A program made the position numbers and the translations under genes. From positions 14,260,001 through 14,324,000 of the forward strand of contig OX597818.1 in assembly GCA_951406725.2 (NCBI GenBank): DNA of 64,000 nucleotides, in the 5' to 3' direction. The notes under the pieces are model-generated. The model was not told the origin of the DNA, made no database searches, and worked only from the letters and a program-made list of their open reading frames with translations. Numbering within the stretch: the stretch's first letter is position 1; every line of letters starts with the position of its first letter. Origin of the DNA: Octopus vulgaris (Eukaryota). This document shows, one piece after another, positions 14,794 to 27,973 of this stretch.

Positions 14794-15212
14794 GTAGGAG
14801 TGGCTGTGTGGTAAGGAGCTTGCTTCCCTACGTCACGGGTCCGGGTTCAGTCTCACTGTGTAGCACCTTGGGCAAGTGTCTTCTACTATATCCTCGGGCA
14901 GACCAAAGATTTGTGAGTGGATTTAGTAGACGGAAACGGAAAGAAGCCTGTCGTATATATATATAATATGTTTGTGTGTGTGCGTATGTGCGTGTGTGTG
15001 TATTTGTGTGTCTGTGTTTGTCCCCCACCATCGCTTGAAACAGATGTCGGTGTGTTTACGTCCTCGTAACTTAGCGGTTCGACAAAAGAGACTGATAGAA
15101 TAAGTAGTAGGCTTACAAAGAATAAGTCCTGGAGTCGATTTGCTCGACTAAAGGCGGTGCTCCAGTATGGCCACAGTCAAATGACTGAAACAAGTAAAAG
15201 AATAAAAGAATA
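14794..15212 (+). mobile_element. Full-length tRNA-derived SINE with internal microsatellite and (TAAAAGAA)n tail
   Basis: A-box TGGCTGTGTGG at 14801 and B-box-like GGTTCAGTC at 14844. Central ccttgggcaagtgtc block and taaaagaataaaagaa tail. Several homologues in the window. Confidence 0.88.
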
Positions 15213-15239
15213 TATATACTCTCTTTTTATTCTTTACTC

Positions 15240-15350
15240 TGACACACAAACATACACACACACACACACACACACACAGACGCACACACACACACACATA
15301 TATATAATATATATATGTATGTATGTATGTATGTATATGTATATATATAA

Positions 15351-15407
<57 letters not shown>

Positions 15408-15430
15408 TTGATAGATAGATAGATAGATTT
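15240..15430. repeat. (CA)n-(TATG)n-(TA)n-(GATA)n microsatellite
   Basis: Directly visible. Confidence 0.95.
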
Positions 15431-16254
15431 CCACAAATTGATTACATTTTTATACTGTATTTTGTTCTAGGTGTATCTATACATACCAGTCTTTGAAATC
15501 GGCAACTGGTCATTATTGCAAAACAATTGTATTGGCGGTAATTGATTTATCAGATAAAACAAAATCCAAGGAGAGTATAGACGCTTTTCACCTGCAAGGG
15601 CATCAGCACTCTAATACTGAAAAACAAAATGAGACAAAGATTAAAGTGAAATCGTCGTGAGGGGTAAAGCATCCAACGATTCGAGCAATTCTTCTTTGGA
15701 GTTAAAATGACAGGATTAAACTTAAAGGAAATCAACAATGTTTTACATTTTCTTGGTTTATACAGCTAGCTGCAACTAATGGTGTATGCAAGAAAATGTG
15801 TGCTTGTATACCTAGACAGAAAGTAATAGCTGAATGAAACTAGGTGAGACAGTGAGAAGTTATGATTCAAGAAAAGAAGACGAAAAGCGAATGAGGGTGG
15901 GGAAGAGGAAAATTAAAGTGAGAAAAGCGATATGAATTCGATTACTGAAGCAAGAAGGCTGCATGAAAAGAACGAAAAGTGCTCCTTTAAGTTTCAAGTT
16001 TTGTAACAAATTTCAAGGTTGGTATATGACACGATTTCCTTCTGTTTATTTGACGTGCGCCAAAATTTCTCTCGCCTCAGTTTTCTCCTTCTTCTTAAAC
16101 TGCTTGTCTTCTACTGTTTTATTCCCTTTGTCCAATTTCCCATCTACGTAAGCAGTTTCAAATTGCTTAGCATTTCACACCCGTTGCAGCCAGTTATTCA
16201 AACGTACAGGATGTAAAATTCTACAGATTTTCCTTATTTTTCCGCCTGCTATCG

Positions 16255-17300
16255 ATTGATACTCCAATGCCCAGAGCAAATGGCGCGTGACCGATGTATC
16301 ATTGCCGAGTCTGATGTCTCGGAGGTGTTCCGCAAAACGGTCAGGCAAGCGGCGTCCCATTCCACCGATGTACAGAGAAAGACAGAAAGAGCAGGAGATG
16401 CAGAAAATAACGTTACTAGAATTGCAGGTAAAGGAGTCAGTGATGTGAAAGTGACGATAATGAGTACCTGTGAAGATAGTGGTGTTGGAAAGGTAGGAGC
16501 AGGTGTGACAGCGTGGGCTGGAACAGGGGAACGAGCCGGGATGGGAGGTAGGGTTAGGAAAGAAACTGTGAACCAAGAGGTCGCGCAGCTTATGGGCTCG
16601 TTTGAAGAAGGGATAGGGGTGGTTGGGGGAAATGTGCGAGATGGAGGGGTCGGAATGAAGTTGCGGAAATGCTCAGATAGTAGAGCGTTGGGAGAGCAGG
16701 GTGACGTGAAATGGGAGATGGGCAACGGTTAGGCAGGTGCGAGGAGAAAGAGCAGAGGCACTGTCCACAGATCGTACCCGGGAAAGGGCAGTGTGGATAG
16801 TTGTGAGAGGATATCCCCGTAGGATGAAGTGACGAGCCATGATTTGAGACTGAATCTCAAAGTCAAGATTGTCACTGCAGTGGCTGCGCAGACGAAAGAA
16901 TTGAAAGTAGAGATTGTGACCTTGGTGTGGGTAGGGTGAGAGGAGGAGAAGTTAAGGTGTGCTTGTAGTGGATGGAGGTAGTAAGAGTGGAGTGGTGTAT
17001 TCTGACAGAAATGTCGAGAAATTCGACGGAAAAGTTAGAGATGGTGCAGGAGAATTCAAGGACAGGATGGAAGGATTAGACAAAAGAAAGGAAGGATTCT
17101 AGATGTTCGCTGGAGAGTGAGGTCGCGCAGATACAGTCATCGAAAAAAGGATCGTATAGTTCGGGAGTGGGACCAGGGAACTATGAGAATCGGATGGTAC
17201 AGGATAAAAGAGTAGGTAGAATTTATGTTGTGAAAAATGTGGTTTTGATGGAGTATGAAGCATAAAGTGGAATGTGAAAGGATGGTGAGAATTATTCTAA
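16255..17300 (-). mobile_element. Penelope-like element remnant (RT 3' part plus GIY-YIG endonuclease)
   Basis: ORF 16175-16576: PCSSPRCHTC (CxxxxCxxC linker) and FTCNSSNVIFCISCSFCLSLYIGGMGRRLPDRFAEHLRDI (GIY-YIG). Upstream FLDISVRI RT motif and a RGYP thumb motif. The Cys-rich linker suggests Neptune type. Confidence 0.88.
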
Positions 17301-17559
17301 AGAGTTTTCTGACATTTTGCATTAATGCAGGCATGTGATTTATTTATTACATATGATGATATAAATTGTTTACATGTTTTTAAGTCATGAAACAATTCGT
17401 TGTGATATTAGAATTTTCTTATTGTTAAATAAAAGTTTATCTAAATAGTTCTCTGTCCTTCATGATTTTATTCACTGCTTGTCTTTTTCTGTTGTAATGC
17501 GACATTGAGGAGCTCTTTATTAGTACTACCGGATTACTTGAATCCATATATTTGGACTT

Positions 17560-17690
17560 CTTTCAGTTTCTGGCTACCAAATCCATTCACAAGGCTTTAG
17601 TCGGCCCGAGGCTATGGTAGCAAACACTTTCAAAGGTGCCACTCAGTGGGGCTGAATGCTGAGCCATGTGGTTAGTAAGGAACTTTCTTA
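17560..17690 (-). mobile_element. 5' fragment of the 14794-family SINE
   Basis: ttctttcagtttc...taccaaatccattcacaaggcttt...aaggtgccactcagtgggg resembles the reverse complement of 14820-14945. Confidence 0.75.
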
Positions 17691-18418
17691 TTTATTACTA
17701 AAATTTTACGCTGGCATATTTAGTCGTCGAACTCCATTGGTAATGGTCGTTCCATTATGTTCTAAACAAATTATTAGTCAACTCCTTATGCACTTCCGTC
17801 TTATAATCTATTTAAATACATCTGAACAACTTTAATCCGATAGCCTTGGAATCTTACTTTTATAGGACAACAGGAAATCACAGAACTCAGAAATTGAACT
17901 TTAAAACAGTCGTTATATATCATACTGCTATATTATCAAAAGTATAAACTGGAAATAATGCTGCCATTCATGTTTCCAACCAACATTGTACTATTGTAAT
18001 CTCATCATAATCTAATCATAAACCCCAAACTGAAAAAAAATAATACTTGTAGTAACTATATCTTAAATTAAGTGAGAAATCAGTAGGATATTCATTGTGA
18101 ACGGTATCATTAGGACCAACAAAATGTAAATGTTTGTCAAGCGCTTCGTAGTAATCAGGTACGTCTACTTCAGGGACACAAGCGATGTAACGAATCGGAT
18201 GTTGTACGTTGCAATCATTCTTGTCTTTGTTATGAAAATTTACTTTTGATGCTTTTCTTTCTCCGTAATTAATTTTCTTGCATTCAAATAGACGTAATTT
18301 GCTGTTCTTTTATAAATTCTCTTTACTCTGGTCAAACAATGAAATCATTCGTCGTCTGCATACAGTTGCTAGTAGAAGTTTCTTTTGTTTTACTTCCTCT
18401 TATAATGTAAAGTAACAT

Positions 18419-18471
<53 letters not shown>

Positions 18472-21400
18472 CATACAGAGACAGACAGAGACAGACAGAG
18501 GTGAGAAAGCGAGAGCAAGAGAGAGAGGTCCTCGTGGATTGAAAGAGCCAAGAAATGTTGCTGTATCTTTAGTAACCTTACTCTCAAATGGATACATTTC
18601 AGTGTCTTGAACGTAGTTTCTTTGTGACTTACGAACGCCAATACAGTGCAGATTTATCATTATTGTACACTTATTACGGGTACATGATATTTGATGCCAC
18701 TAAATTTGCAACTTCATACGTAGATTTTATCACATTTCTCGGGTCTTTACTACGCTTTCCCCTTACCTAACCAAACTATGGAATGAAGTTATGTATCTGC
18801 CATTGAACTTCAGTTACCGTTCTAGCAAATATTCGCTAACGAATATTCAGAATCATAATTTCTATGGAATATTGTCTTAACAACAAGCATCTCCTCAGAA
18901 ATGTTCTCACCATTATATATCGCAGCCCAGCATGAGAAATACAGTTGATTTATGCACTGCTGACAACTTTCAAAATTTGCACTTCGTTTCAGTTTCCTAG
19001 TTTTTATAATTAGCAAAGCAAAAATGAAACCTACTAATTGGCATTTTTAATCCTTTAAATCACACAAGTACGCGTTTCGACCCCGAGTACTCGCACCAGA
19101 TCTTTACAAGTTTACTGTCTGTAAGTTTTCAATAGCACAGCCTTTTCAAGCATAGATAATGTTTTCGAGTACGCATTTTAGTAATAGCACCAACGTCTGC
19201 TCCACTTTCTCTTTTGAATGAAATTTAGACGACTGCAGAGTAAAAGCTTAAACACTGCTCTAACAGGTTCGAAACTCGCCGGATTATGGGGCTGGTCGAA
19301 TCACAGACTATCAGTTTACGGTGGTTCAACGAGTTTACTATATATTTCGGAACTTCGCTGTACGGTTAAACAGAACGCACTGGTTTTTGGACGTTATAAA
19401 TATTATTTGTTTTCTTTTATTGATATATTGCCAGCGGTGTTCAATAAATTACGTACAGAAATAGCGACATTGGGGCATTTATTTTACTGCTATGTTTCCT
19501 GCGTTCCTTTAAGCAGTTTTTAATTGATTTTTATAATTGGAAACTTTCATAATTACATATGTGCCTGTGAAATTCTTCTCCCCGAATTTATATTGTTAAA
19601 ATATATAATACACGTCTATCGTGCAATAAGATAGAGGGCATGTTCTTTGCAATATAATAGCAAGTTTATAATTAACATCTTAGATTTCAATTTCTACAAT
19701 TTCAGACGATCAAAATTTCTCGCTGCGAATAGACAAGCTGACAGACAGGCATTGTGATAAAGTGAGACAGAAGAGAGGGAGAGAGAGAGGGGGGAGAGAA
19801 AGATAGATAGATAGATTACAGAAGGAGAGAGCGTGGAATGGATGAAAGGATGAAGGGAAGCAAATAGATTAAAGATACACTATGTATATGGATGGATGGA
19901 TGGATGGATGCATGCATGCGTGCATGCATGGAGGTATGGATGGATGGACGGATGGATGTGCCACCAGGGGTTACCAATTGTCAAAAAGGTCATCGAACGG
20001 ATATGGTGATGTTGGTGGTTGCGTTGGATTCTGGTCTGTTATCAATGATCAACGACACTGGTAAGCAATTAAGAGATACTTTACTCACCGCTGAAACGTT
20101 GGTCTTCAATTATTGATGCAAACAACAACGTAGACACACTCAGAAAGACAATTCTGTAGTTATGAAAAAATTGTTGGTCAATATGGTTCTGTGAATACGC
20201 TGTCAAAAGCTGGAGAAACATCATACTAAATTTACCACTGCAAAGACTGTTACTGCTGCCTGCTTTGTTGAAAAATAAGTTGTTGAGTTGAAAAATGAGA
20301 ATGTGGTTTACATGGCTGTGATTTCCAATTTTCTGAAATTTAGCGCAATAACACAATTAGTTATAAGCTTCCCTGGATGTTCTCGAATGTACTACACATG
20401 CGTCAACATACTTCAAATACATACATGTTGACGTTAAGAGTTGTTTGGCATGGAAAAAAAATTCATTTGATTTGAGCTGAATGATATCTCCAGCTTTAAT
20501 GTCCCCAGCCCTCAGCCTAACTGTCTATATATCAGAACTCATTCCTTAAGATAACATGTTATTAAAGATCGTTGTTATATCTGTTTCAATCTTGAATTCA
20601 CTGTGCTATGAATTACTATGAACATCATTTCTGGATACGACATAATCATCAATAATACTATGCCAAAGAACAACAACATGAAGGAGGGCAAACAGAACCT
20701 TATAAGTTGCCGCTATAGAAAATATAGAAATTATTAATTATATATAGGTTATGATCTCGTCAATTATTTTCGTAAGCGCTATAAATTAGTAATGATATTT
20801 CTAAGGCTATATAAATAGAACAAAACTCTACTTAGCTTAAGTATTTTTTGAAAAACTTACGTCAACACTTGACAGAGTACAGGGTTTATAATTGCAAGTT
20901 TATTCCGAGAAAATATGAGTAACTTTAAATCCCAAATTCTGGACTCTGCACAAATAACGCAACGAAAGCAATCTACTAATATGGTCATGGTTATAACAGG
21001 AACGATACTGCATCTAACGATAAATATGAATCATACCTCAACACCGACTTTGAGAAGGTAATTTTCATAAACTTAGAAGAGACATGGCTCATTGAGAAAT
21101 TATAGTAAGAAGTTATTAATGGAATTGTAATTATGTGTTTAACCTGTACTAAGCATATACATAGATGAAACCATACAAGCGTATTTATACGTATATTTAC
21201 ATAATCAAATATTACAGGTGTACACAACCATTGACATCTATACTTCCGCACATACATACGTGCGCGGATAACTATATAGCTACATGCATAAGTACGTCCA
21301 CAACAGCTGAGTTGATTCTGTCGAAATCCCAATGCAAGAGGAATAACTCTGTGTTAGAGACCGACTCCTCTCTTGATGACAAATTTGAAAACATGATCAG

Positions 21401-21899
21401 AGAATATTCAGAACTACATATACTCTATATTCATATATGTCGGCATACCTACCAATCTATAAGTGGTTGTTTTCTAAATCACATTTTTTTAATAAACATT
21501 TATTCAAGGTCTTAATATTCTCAGAGTCATGAACTTGTTAATGACCTGTTTGTTTGATGTATGTACAAAAGGAATCTTGAGACGAAATTTTCCCGGAGCT
21601 ATCTTTTTCTCTCAACAAAACAAGTACATTGAAAAACAACTTTTGGTGAATGTAAGCGATGTTTTGGTGCTGGGAAACTAAAAATATTGCTTTGAAAACA
21701 TTCTTTCTAAAACAGACACACCTGAACACAAGAACGGCATTACATCTAATTACAAATCACACTTTTATTCCAATTGCTTAGCAGTAGCCTTACTTACTTG
21801 CACAGGAGTGTCAGTGACTATATCAGTATCAAATGTACTGCTAGATGGAAGAGAATACGTATACACAATTAAAATATATTCTTAGTGAAAAGTTATAAG

Positions 21900-22803
21900 G
21901 AAATATTAACTGGTTTTTGGACACCTGCTACAAGATATAACACACATAATTAGTAATTATGAATATGATCTTAATTTGGTAATAGTTACTAATGAAAAAG
22001 CGGGTGAATATTTATAACAGCATGATGCCCGTTCGTTTTAGAAAATTAATATGTTATTATATAAACCCACAATAATTGCAAATTTGTACAGTGGAGATAT
22101 AATAGAGCTAGATAAAGGCGAAACAATAACAAATGTCATCACAAGTACGGAAAACACAAATTAAGATTTTGATTGGCACAAAATATTTAGTCACAGAATG
22201 ATATTCATCACATGCAGATGTGCATTTTCGCCAGTGTTAACTGAAGAATTCATCTGAAATTTGTTTGAAGCTATTAAGTAAAGAGCAGTTTAGTATAAAT
22301 TCATTTTACTCAATTTGTCATAGAGAACATCTGGCAGAAGAGTATGGAAATGAAAAATAGCTATATCAATTGATATCGATCAGTATTAAAGAGAAATGCG
22401 CTATGCCAAAACGTAAATTCCATAATAGTATTTTGGGGAAAAAACTGGAGTATGACTAGTGTACACCCGAAAGAGTTATTGTCCATACATTACCCAAAAG
22501 GATTGTATTATCAGTGGCGAAAACTTTGTTAAAAAAAAAATCTACAGTATGTTTAACCAGAGGATATAACCACAATTGAAAAAATTGTGATACCGAAACT
22601 TTCCGAATACAATGACCCACGATGTATTTACTATACCAGAACACATACCTACGTTTGAGTGATTCTCTATACTTATTCCAGAACACCATTTTGTTCTTAA
22701 CCACTACGACATATGCCTGCAGGCATATGGCGTAGTGGTTAAGAGCGGGTGCTACTAACCGCAAGATTCCGACTTGAACACTAATAATTCCAAGCCTGAA
22801 CAC

Positions 22804-22855
<52 letters not shown>

Positions 22856-24490
22856 CGAAAAATACCTTGGGAATAAGAATCCAGGTTCGAAATTTCCCCA
22901 AGAGACTTGAAGAAGGCTGGAGGGTATATCAGCCGAAACGTTGTGTAAACAACAAATAAGATGAGGCCAAATATCGGTCTAATGTAAATAATATAAATAA
23001 TGTACATAATTCCTCATCTCTTAAATATAGAACTGCATTATTTCATATTTTCTGAAGGCTAGTTGTGTATTCACATATATAGTATGCATGCTTGAGACAA
23101 ATAAAATTATGAGTATCGGAAGGGACTTGTACGTTTTTCATTCAGAAAACTTGTTCCCGGGAGACTATCATGTATGGCTATTTTAACGTGACGCTAACTG
23201 ATCTAATCAAAGTAGTCCAAGTTGGACCAAAAGTACAGGTATTTGCTTTTGCTATGGATGGCATGTGTACTTTTGCAAACTAGGAAGAAAAAATCAATAT
23301 CGAAATATGTAAAGGAAAGGAAAAAATTATAATGCAGATAAAGCTATTTGAAGCAACATTCGATGCAAACTGTAAAAGTAACATGGAATATGTCACTAAT
23401 ATCGCAAGTAGTTAATCTAAAATGTTCTTTCGAAACTAACTACTTGAGTCATCATAATTCCATAACTAAAATGCAATGCAATATAATTCATAGAAACAGT
23501 ATCTCTACAGCTAAAGATAGTGAATGATGCGAGAGAGAACATCTCATTTATAATATCTTGAATGTCGAAACTTGTCTAATCTGTACGCATAAAAGACTAG
23601 GCATAATGATCTTATTGATGGAAAAGATATGAAAGTGTACACGGTAGAGGGAAAACTACTTGCGATCACATGTTAAAGAAATTTTTAATTCGAAAGTAAA
23701 AAAAAAACTATGCCAAAATAGTCAGGAATCCGCTTATGCTGCATAAGTTCAGATTTAGATCTGTATGTACGTACGTACATATGTAGGTATGCACACCATA
23801 TCCCATCACACTTCGAAGGTTATGCACTTGTAGTTCAAAAAAAGGAGATTACTTGTAAATAGCTAATAAATAAAAGAAGCAGTGAATCCCCAGGGATTCC
23901 GAGACGCTACAGGAAATGTAGGTTATGTAATATTTCAGTGGAAGACATCACACATGTGATTAGCAGCAGCCAAAAATGTAATAAAGTTATTACGTGCCTA
24001 TGTAAAAGGACGTTGTCACAAGAAAAATATACCACGCTATCCGTACAAGAGATTGGTCTGGAATAAGTATAGAGAATTCCCCTGTTATTGAATATATACA
24101 CAGACGCCAACATGGGGCATAATGGTGGAACATCGCTATCAAAATATCTGCCATGTGTAAGCATAACAGGCCATATATTATTGTTTGGGACAGACAAGAA
24201 AAAGGGTGTACCGTCATAGAGGTCAGCTGTCCCGCTTGATATGAATATGTCTTTGAAACTTAAAGAAAAAGAATGTAAGTATAGGCAATTGCTTCGAGAT
24301 CCCCAACATCTATATCCAGATTATAAAGTTACATTTCTACCAATAATAATTGGTGCACTCCTTTTTGTGAGTAAATGCTTGAATGACATTCTGGATAAGC
24401 TTGGATTTTTAGAAAGAGAAATAAACCAAATAACTCGCACATTGCATATACAATCTATAAGTGGAATAGTTAAAACATGGATTTCTTTTC
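21900..24490 (+). mobile_element. Decayed R4/Dong-type (restriction-like endonuclease) LINE, interrupted by the 22693-23036 element
   Basis: 3' part clear: CRLC..VEDITHVISS zinc knuckle, WWNI.IK..HNRP, IEVSCPLD.N..KEKE.KY..L, YPDYKVTFLPIIIGAL (PD-(D/E)xK domain). The 5' RT part is very degenerate and its boundary is approximate. Confidence 0.7.
22693..23036 (+). mobile_element. Non-autonomous element: palindromic tRNA-like head + (TAA)n + hammerhead-like tail
   Basis: A-box TGGCGTAGTGG at 22728. 54-bp palindrome at 22693-22746. (TAA)n at 22804-22855. TTGAAGA-A-GGCTG..CAGCC-GAAAC-GTT at 22907-22942. Confidence 0.7.
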
Positions 24491-24644
24491 ATAAGTTAAA
24501 CATTTTATATTGTTTTCGTTTTGTACATTCCAATGATAGGCCTTCGTATTTTTATGAGAAATGAGTTCCTTCTTCACAGGAAGAATTGAAATAGCTAAAA
24601 ATAAAAAAAACAACAGAGAACATACATACATGCATACATACATA

Positions 24645-25200
24645 CATGGTGGCTGCTCCCTCGTTATCGAGTATGCCATTGCACGAAGTTTAATCAATGT
24701 TGTTATCGTGTAATGCCTGTGCAAGAAGATTTTTCTCAAAGTGAAGAAAGGTTGTGCACTGAGTCAATCTCACTCACTAAGCAACAGAAGCCATAATCCT
24801 AAAAGAAGAACAAGTCAATATCATCGGTAACCACTGAGCCGCATGTTTTATGTCGGAGTTATCCAAGTTACCTGAGTTACCTTCTCCTAGAAGGATGCCC
24901 TAACAAAGGCTAGGAGTCCTTCACTCCCAATGGTTTAAACGCGCGATCGGGTATTCAGTCCGATTATTTCTATGTCCCCGCGCATGATACATGCTTAAGA
25001 CATTTATTGGATGGTTGTTCAGTCAAGAGTTCCTCTGCCCTTTGACGGGTTTTGTTTTTCATCCCGCAGGGTGTCCAATAAACTCCCTCCTCACCAAGCA
25101 AGCTTGGTGGGGTTGCCGGTTTAGTCGCCGACGACCCGACAATGCAACAGGTTGTACTGGGTTACATGTTACCAGTAGCACTCGAAAGTGACCTGACACA
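24645..25200 (-). mobile_element. Non-autonomous bipartite RTE derivative (5' leader plus 3' end, no ORF)
   Basis: 25030-25198 is the reverse complement homologue of the RTE 5' leader at 54785-54955. 24800-24915 matches 55225-55395 in patches. Ends in ctcgataacgagggagcagccacc plus (TATG)n. (CATA)n on both flanks. Confidence 0.75.
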
Positions 25201-27809
25201 ACATACATACATACATACAGTAATCTAATATCTTTTTCACAAAATCATCAGCTTAAGACAAATACGAATCAAAAACGAAGACATTAACCAACTTTCTACC
25301 AACCATGAAAAAATTCCTCTAGCGTGTCCCTCTTGCATGAGAGTTTTACAAAACAACTGGTGAGGAAAAGAGACAATGAATAAAACACTTAAACCCACAA
25401 ATCGTGGCGAGAAACTTTAAGAATATCATATACAGAGGAAGACTTTCTTCATATGATAAGCAGCTACTCCAAAATAGCGTTTCAAAATATCATTTCAAAA
25501 TGAATAAGACACTTACAGTCAATTACTTTAAAACAAATAATTTTCCAACAAATATCAAGAAGTTAAATTTCTACCGATAAACATTTGTTTAATTTCTTTT
25601 CTTACAAACTGCCAAATGGGAAAACTCAAAACGCCAAGGTTTCCAAACAATAAAATACTCAGCTAACATGCATCTTAAATTTAGAAAGTTGAAATATACA
25701 CCAAGTTCAACGAAAAAGCCGTTGTTATCGTTCAAATTCTAACAGTGGTTCTTCCATTCTTTTTTAATAACTGGTGCCTTCTTTTAAACTTTCAATGAAT
25801 TAAAACTATTACACACATACACGCATATATAAATACATACACACATACACACATATATTATATGTGCATACATCCATACTTTCATATTATCTGAAATTCT
25901 GGTCGACATCAGTCGAACATTATAAAAATATATATGATCAGATATGTTTTCATCAAAATGTCTCTAAAAACATTATTTGACTCTGTAGAATATACAAATA
26001 ATCATGAAGCATTAGAAGTTTCTAGATTAATCGAGCAGAAAATATATCTAAAGTTCTGTATGGTTGTACAAATGTGAGAAGTGAATGCATATCATTCATG
26101 TGATTTTATTTAGAGCACTTCGAATGCAAATGCTTTCATTTGATATTGTTAAATATGCATTGCCTAGAACAAATTATCTTTCTTGTTCCTACAAATCACA
26201 ATATCTAAACTAATTTAATCATGTCTACTCCCTAATGCAATAGCATAAACACATAGATACGATTAAACAGCTTCTAAAAAGCTTACGTGGGTCGTAATCA
26301 ATTAGGGTACATGGTAAGAAGGTTACTATGATTTCTGAATGTATATGTGTTCAGTTCTCCATGGTTAAAATAATTATAGAGTGTTTAATACAATGTTTTC
26401 CAGAGACCATTATATTAAACATTGCAAGGTATCAATAAACATCTTCACGAAATTATATTTTCTTTAGCAGTCTATCCACCAATAAAACCTGTTTATGGGC
26501 AGGAACCAAGTGAAACTTATAACATTAAAAGACGTCTCTGAATATTGCTAAAACGTAAATGTTCATATGTTGCAAAGTGGTATGGAATATGTTTTCTTCT
26601 ATAATATCAACACAGCAATACGTACACTTCATTAATTAATAACGGCTTCATGAAATGCTATAAATCAGTAAATATTTAGAAGAAATTACATCTAGATGTC
26701 ACAAGGGTGCTTTGAATGTGCAGGATTCCTGGTGTTTATTCGGGTGTTTAGAACAACATGCTGTAACGTAAAGGAGATAGGTAATATCTACCGTATACAT
26801 GAGTTGGTTTGTCAAAGTTTGCAGCCCTATATATGACCTGTTTATTTTTTACGATTTATTTCCAGATCTGAGGCACTGGATTATCAAATCGTTTGAATGT
26901 TAGAAAAAGAACAATGTAAACTTCAATTTGTCTCCTTACTTCTCCCTTAAAATCTCAGTTCTCAACGTTCCCTGCAATACTACTGTGATAGATAAAATAA
27001 TGTGTCAGCCGAGTATTGAACAGTTTACTCGATTAAGTCTATTTAACGCCTTTCTGGAATCTCCTCTCAGCTTCTGTAGAGTGATTTCATCAGTATAAAG
27101 CTAGCGTTAAAAGCAAGTACATGCAGATATCGGAAGGTCCGCAAAGTTCCTGGGCGCTGCCCCTTCATTTCTCCGCAGGAATCAGAGATCCGCTAACAGG
27201 TAATGATAAGTTATAACCTCAATAACAATATTCACTTCCAATATAGCTGAAGCCACCAGGTGAGTAGGATTATAACTTTACATTAATAGCTATTTAATAT
27301 TTTAATACTGTAACATTTTAACTTTGTGATATATAAATATATGTATAATTTAAAGAATTTAGAGTCAGCAAGGAGTACAGTTGAACATTTATTTTCAATC
27401 ATTGCAGGTTTTCTACTACTAACTTCAGAGTGGCTGCCACGAAGTTCAGGCCACGTCAGATAGAGAGAATGCTCTTGGAGCATAGAATTAAATCTTACGG
27501 AGACAATATTTACAATTACCTGAAGAAACACGACTAAATCTCATAATGCAGGGAAACAGTTGCATAATCAAGTACCTGCACACCTGGAGGACTACGTTGA
27601 GTAGAAACAGTTGTAGAGACTGAAAATAAATAGCCAACCGTACTCCTTCTTGTTGACTCTAACCCTGTTCTATTATCTATTCACACATAACATAATCCCA
27701 AACGCAAACCCAGAAGTACGTAAAATACTACTACTGGATAGTACAGGGTGAAATCGGATTCTGCTCAACTGTATTCTAATACGTTCTAACAGAATACACT
27801 ATAATTATA

Positions 27810-27930
27810 TGTGTGTATACACTTGCATATATGTATATATGTATATGTATATGTATATTATATATATGTATATGTATATATATATATATTTATATATATG
27901 AATGTATATATATATGCATATATGTATATA

Positions 27931-27972
<42 letters not shown>
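27810..27972. repeat. (TA)n/(TATATG)n microsatellite
   Basis: Directly visible. Confidence 0.95.

Positions 27973-27973
<1 letters not shown>

Noticed and set aside
16249-16732. 158-aa Gly-rich plus-strand ORF and overlapping Pro-rich ORF
   Set aside because: Antisense and alternative frames of the Penelope-like GIY-YIG region.
18130-19115. Degenerate hammerhead-like strings on the minus strand (18135-18175 ctgaagtag..ctacgaagcgc; 19068-19103 ctggtgc..gtcgaaacgcgta)
   Set aside because: Multiple core mismatches and no convincing stem I. Possibly dead pLTR relics, but unsupported.
22456-23007. 183-aa ORF with a poly-Leu transmembrane-like stretch
   Set aside because: The poly-Leu is the (TTA)n strand of the TAA microsatellite.
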